A DNA stretch of 64,000 nt from Anthoceros angustus (Eukaryota > Plantae > Anthocerotophyta). Below, in pieces: positions 63,277 through 64,000 of this stretch; positions within the stretch are counted from its first letter, which is position 1; every line of letters starts with the position of its first letter. The stretch covers positions 2,356,001 to 2,420,000 of the forward strand of contig MU008155.1 in NCBI GenBank assembly GCA_010909165.1, given 5' to 3'. The notes under the pieces are model-generated. The model did no database searches. It had not been told where the DNA came from and saw nothing but the letters and a program-made list of their open reading frames with translations. Position numbers and translations under genes: made by a program.

Positions 63277-64000
63277 ATGGCTAATGATGATGCTCCGTTA
63301 GCGTTGTACCTTACACATGGGTGGACAGATTCCTAGAATCGGATGCCCACATTGGTTTCTACATTGAAGACGCAAGGAAGCATGAGGATGAGGCTGGTGA
63401 TGCTCCTTCCTTACCTTGGAACTTCCAAGCTAAAGACCCTTCCGGACCGCTTTCTAAGTATACCTTGAAGCTGGTAGACGTGGTCGATTTGATCATGGAA
63501 GTCAAGCAAAGAAGACCTCAACCACAGCCTCCCACCATGGCTGATCTAGAAAGGATGATGACGACTGTGGTGGCGGAAGCACCACCATCCCTAAGGCGCA
63601 ACAAAATAGCGAGCAATGGGAGTGAGGCGTCGCCACATGGTGATGGAGGAGGTCCGGACACGAGGTATCACGGAGTGCATTGGCATTCTATTCACAAGTC
63701 GATAATGTGTATCCGATGGCACGCTACGTGACTCACCTTCCAAGAAGTTCCACGAGTTCATTTGGGCGATTCGAAAAGGACATAGATGCAGCGGATTAAG
63801 GACTTGGTGCAAATCAAGTTGTTTTATGTGGCTTCAAGCGTCGAATACGAGTGAAGCTCAACTTCAAAGATCCCGCATCCTTAGAGACATATCTACGATT
63901 ACGCAGACGGATTGGGTGGCCATCACAGTTGGCGGAAGTAATAGGGTTTGTGAGGATGGAAGTTCAACAAAGCGCAAATTCTTCTCCGTAGTGCATGCGG
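63277..64000 (+). pseudogene. Unknown MANDD... ORF, copy 3, truncated by the window edge
   Basis: Same sequence; the window ends at ...GTA GTG CAT GCG G (VVHA). Confidence 0.55.

Larger units (their letters stand above)
36131..64000. repeat. Tandem array of a ~3.9-kb composite unit (AT block + ORF + copia LTR + copia pol remnant), at least 3 copies
   Basis: The shared start agatataaactaatatttacat recurs at 36131, 57932, 62182 and 62725. ORF starts are at 36684, 58480 and 63277. Copy 1 is split by the 17.9-kb insert. Confidence 0.9.

Overview
Eukaryotic nuclear DNA from a compact, short-intron, non-seed land plant genome. A hornwort-like source is my inference from intron size and PPR style. 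Left part (1-35 kb): gene-dense, containing a neprosin/DUF239 gene, a Znf-UBA-PUB protein, a cyanobacterial-type GT2 glycosyltransferase, leaf-type FNR, bystin, a 1046-aa PLS-E PPR protein, CTU2, an uncharacterised protein and a NusB-domain protein. It also holds a decayed PIF/Harbinger transposon and a decayed CRE-like non-LTR retroelement. Right part (36.1-64 kb): nested repeats. A ~3.9-kb unit (AT-rich block + unknown plus-strand ORF + Ty1/copia LTR + copia RT/RNaseH remnant) occurs at least 3 times. Inserted into the TATA box of the first unit's copia LTR is a 17.9-kb chain (38463-56336) of 9 long (~1.55-kb) LTRs alternating with 8 tiny (~0.4-kb) PBS/PPT-bearing internal segments. The chain has TG...CA ends and a single 5-bp target-site duplication (ATATA). 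The unknown ORF carries an HAE...CxxC deaminase-like motif and a decapeptide repeat tail. Caveat: the repeat region is full of small indels and microhomology jumps that look like unpolished long-read consensus, so copy number and frameshifts need read-level validation. No rRNA, tRNA gene or CRISPR array was found.
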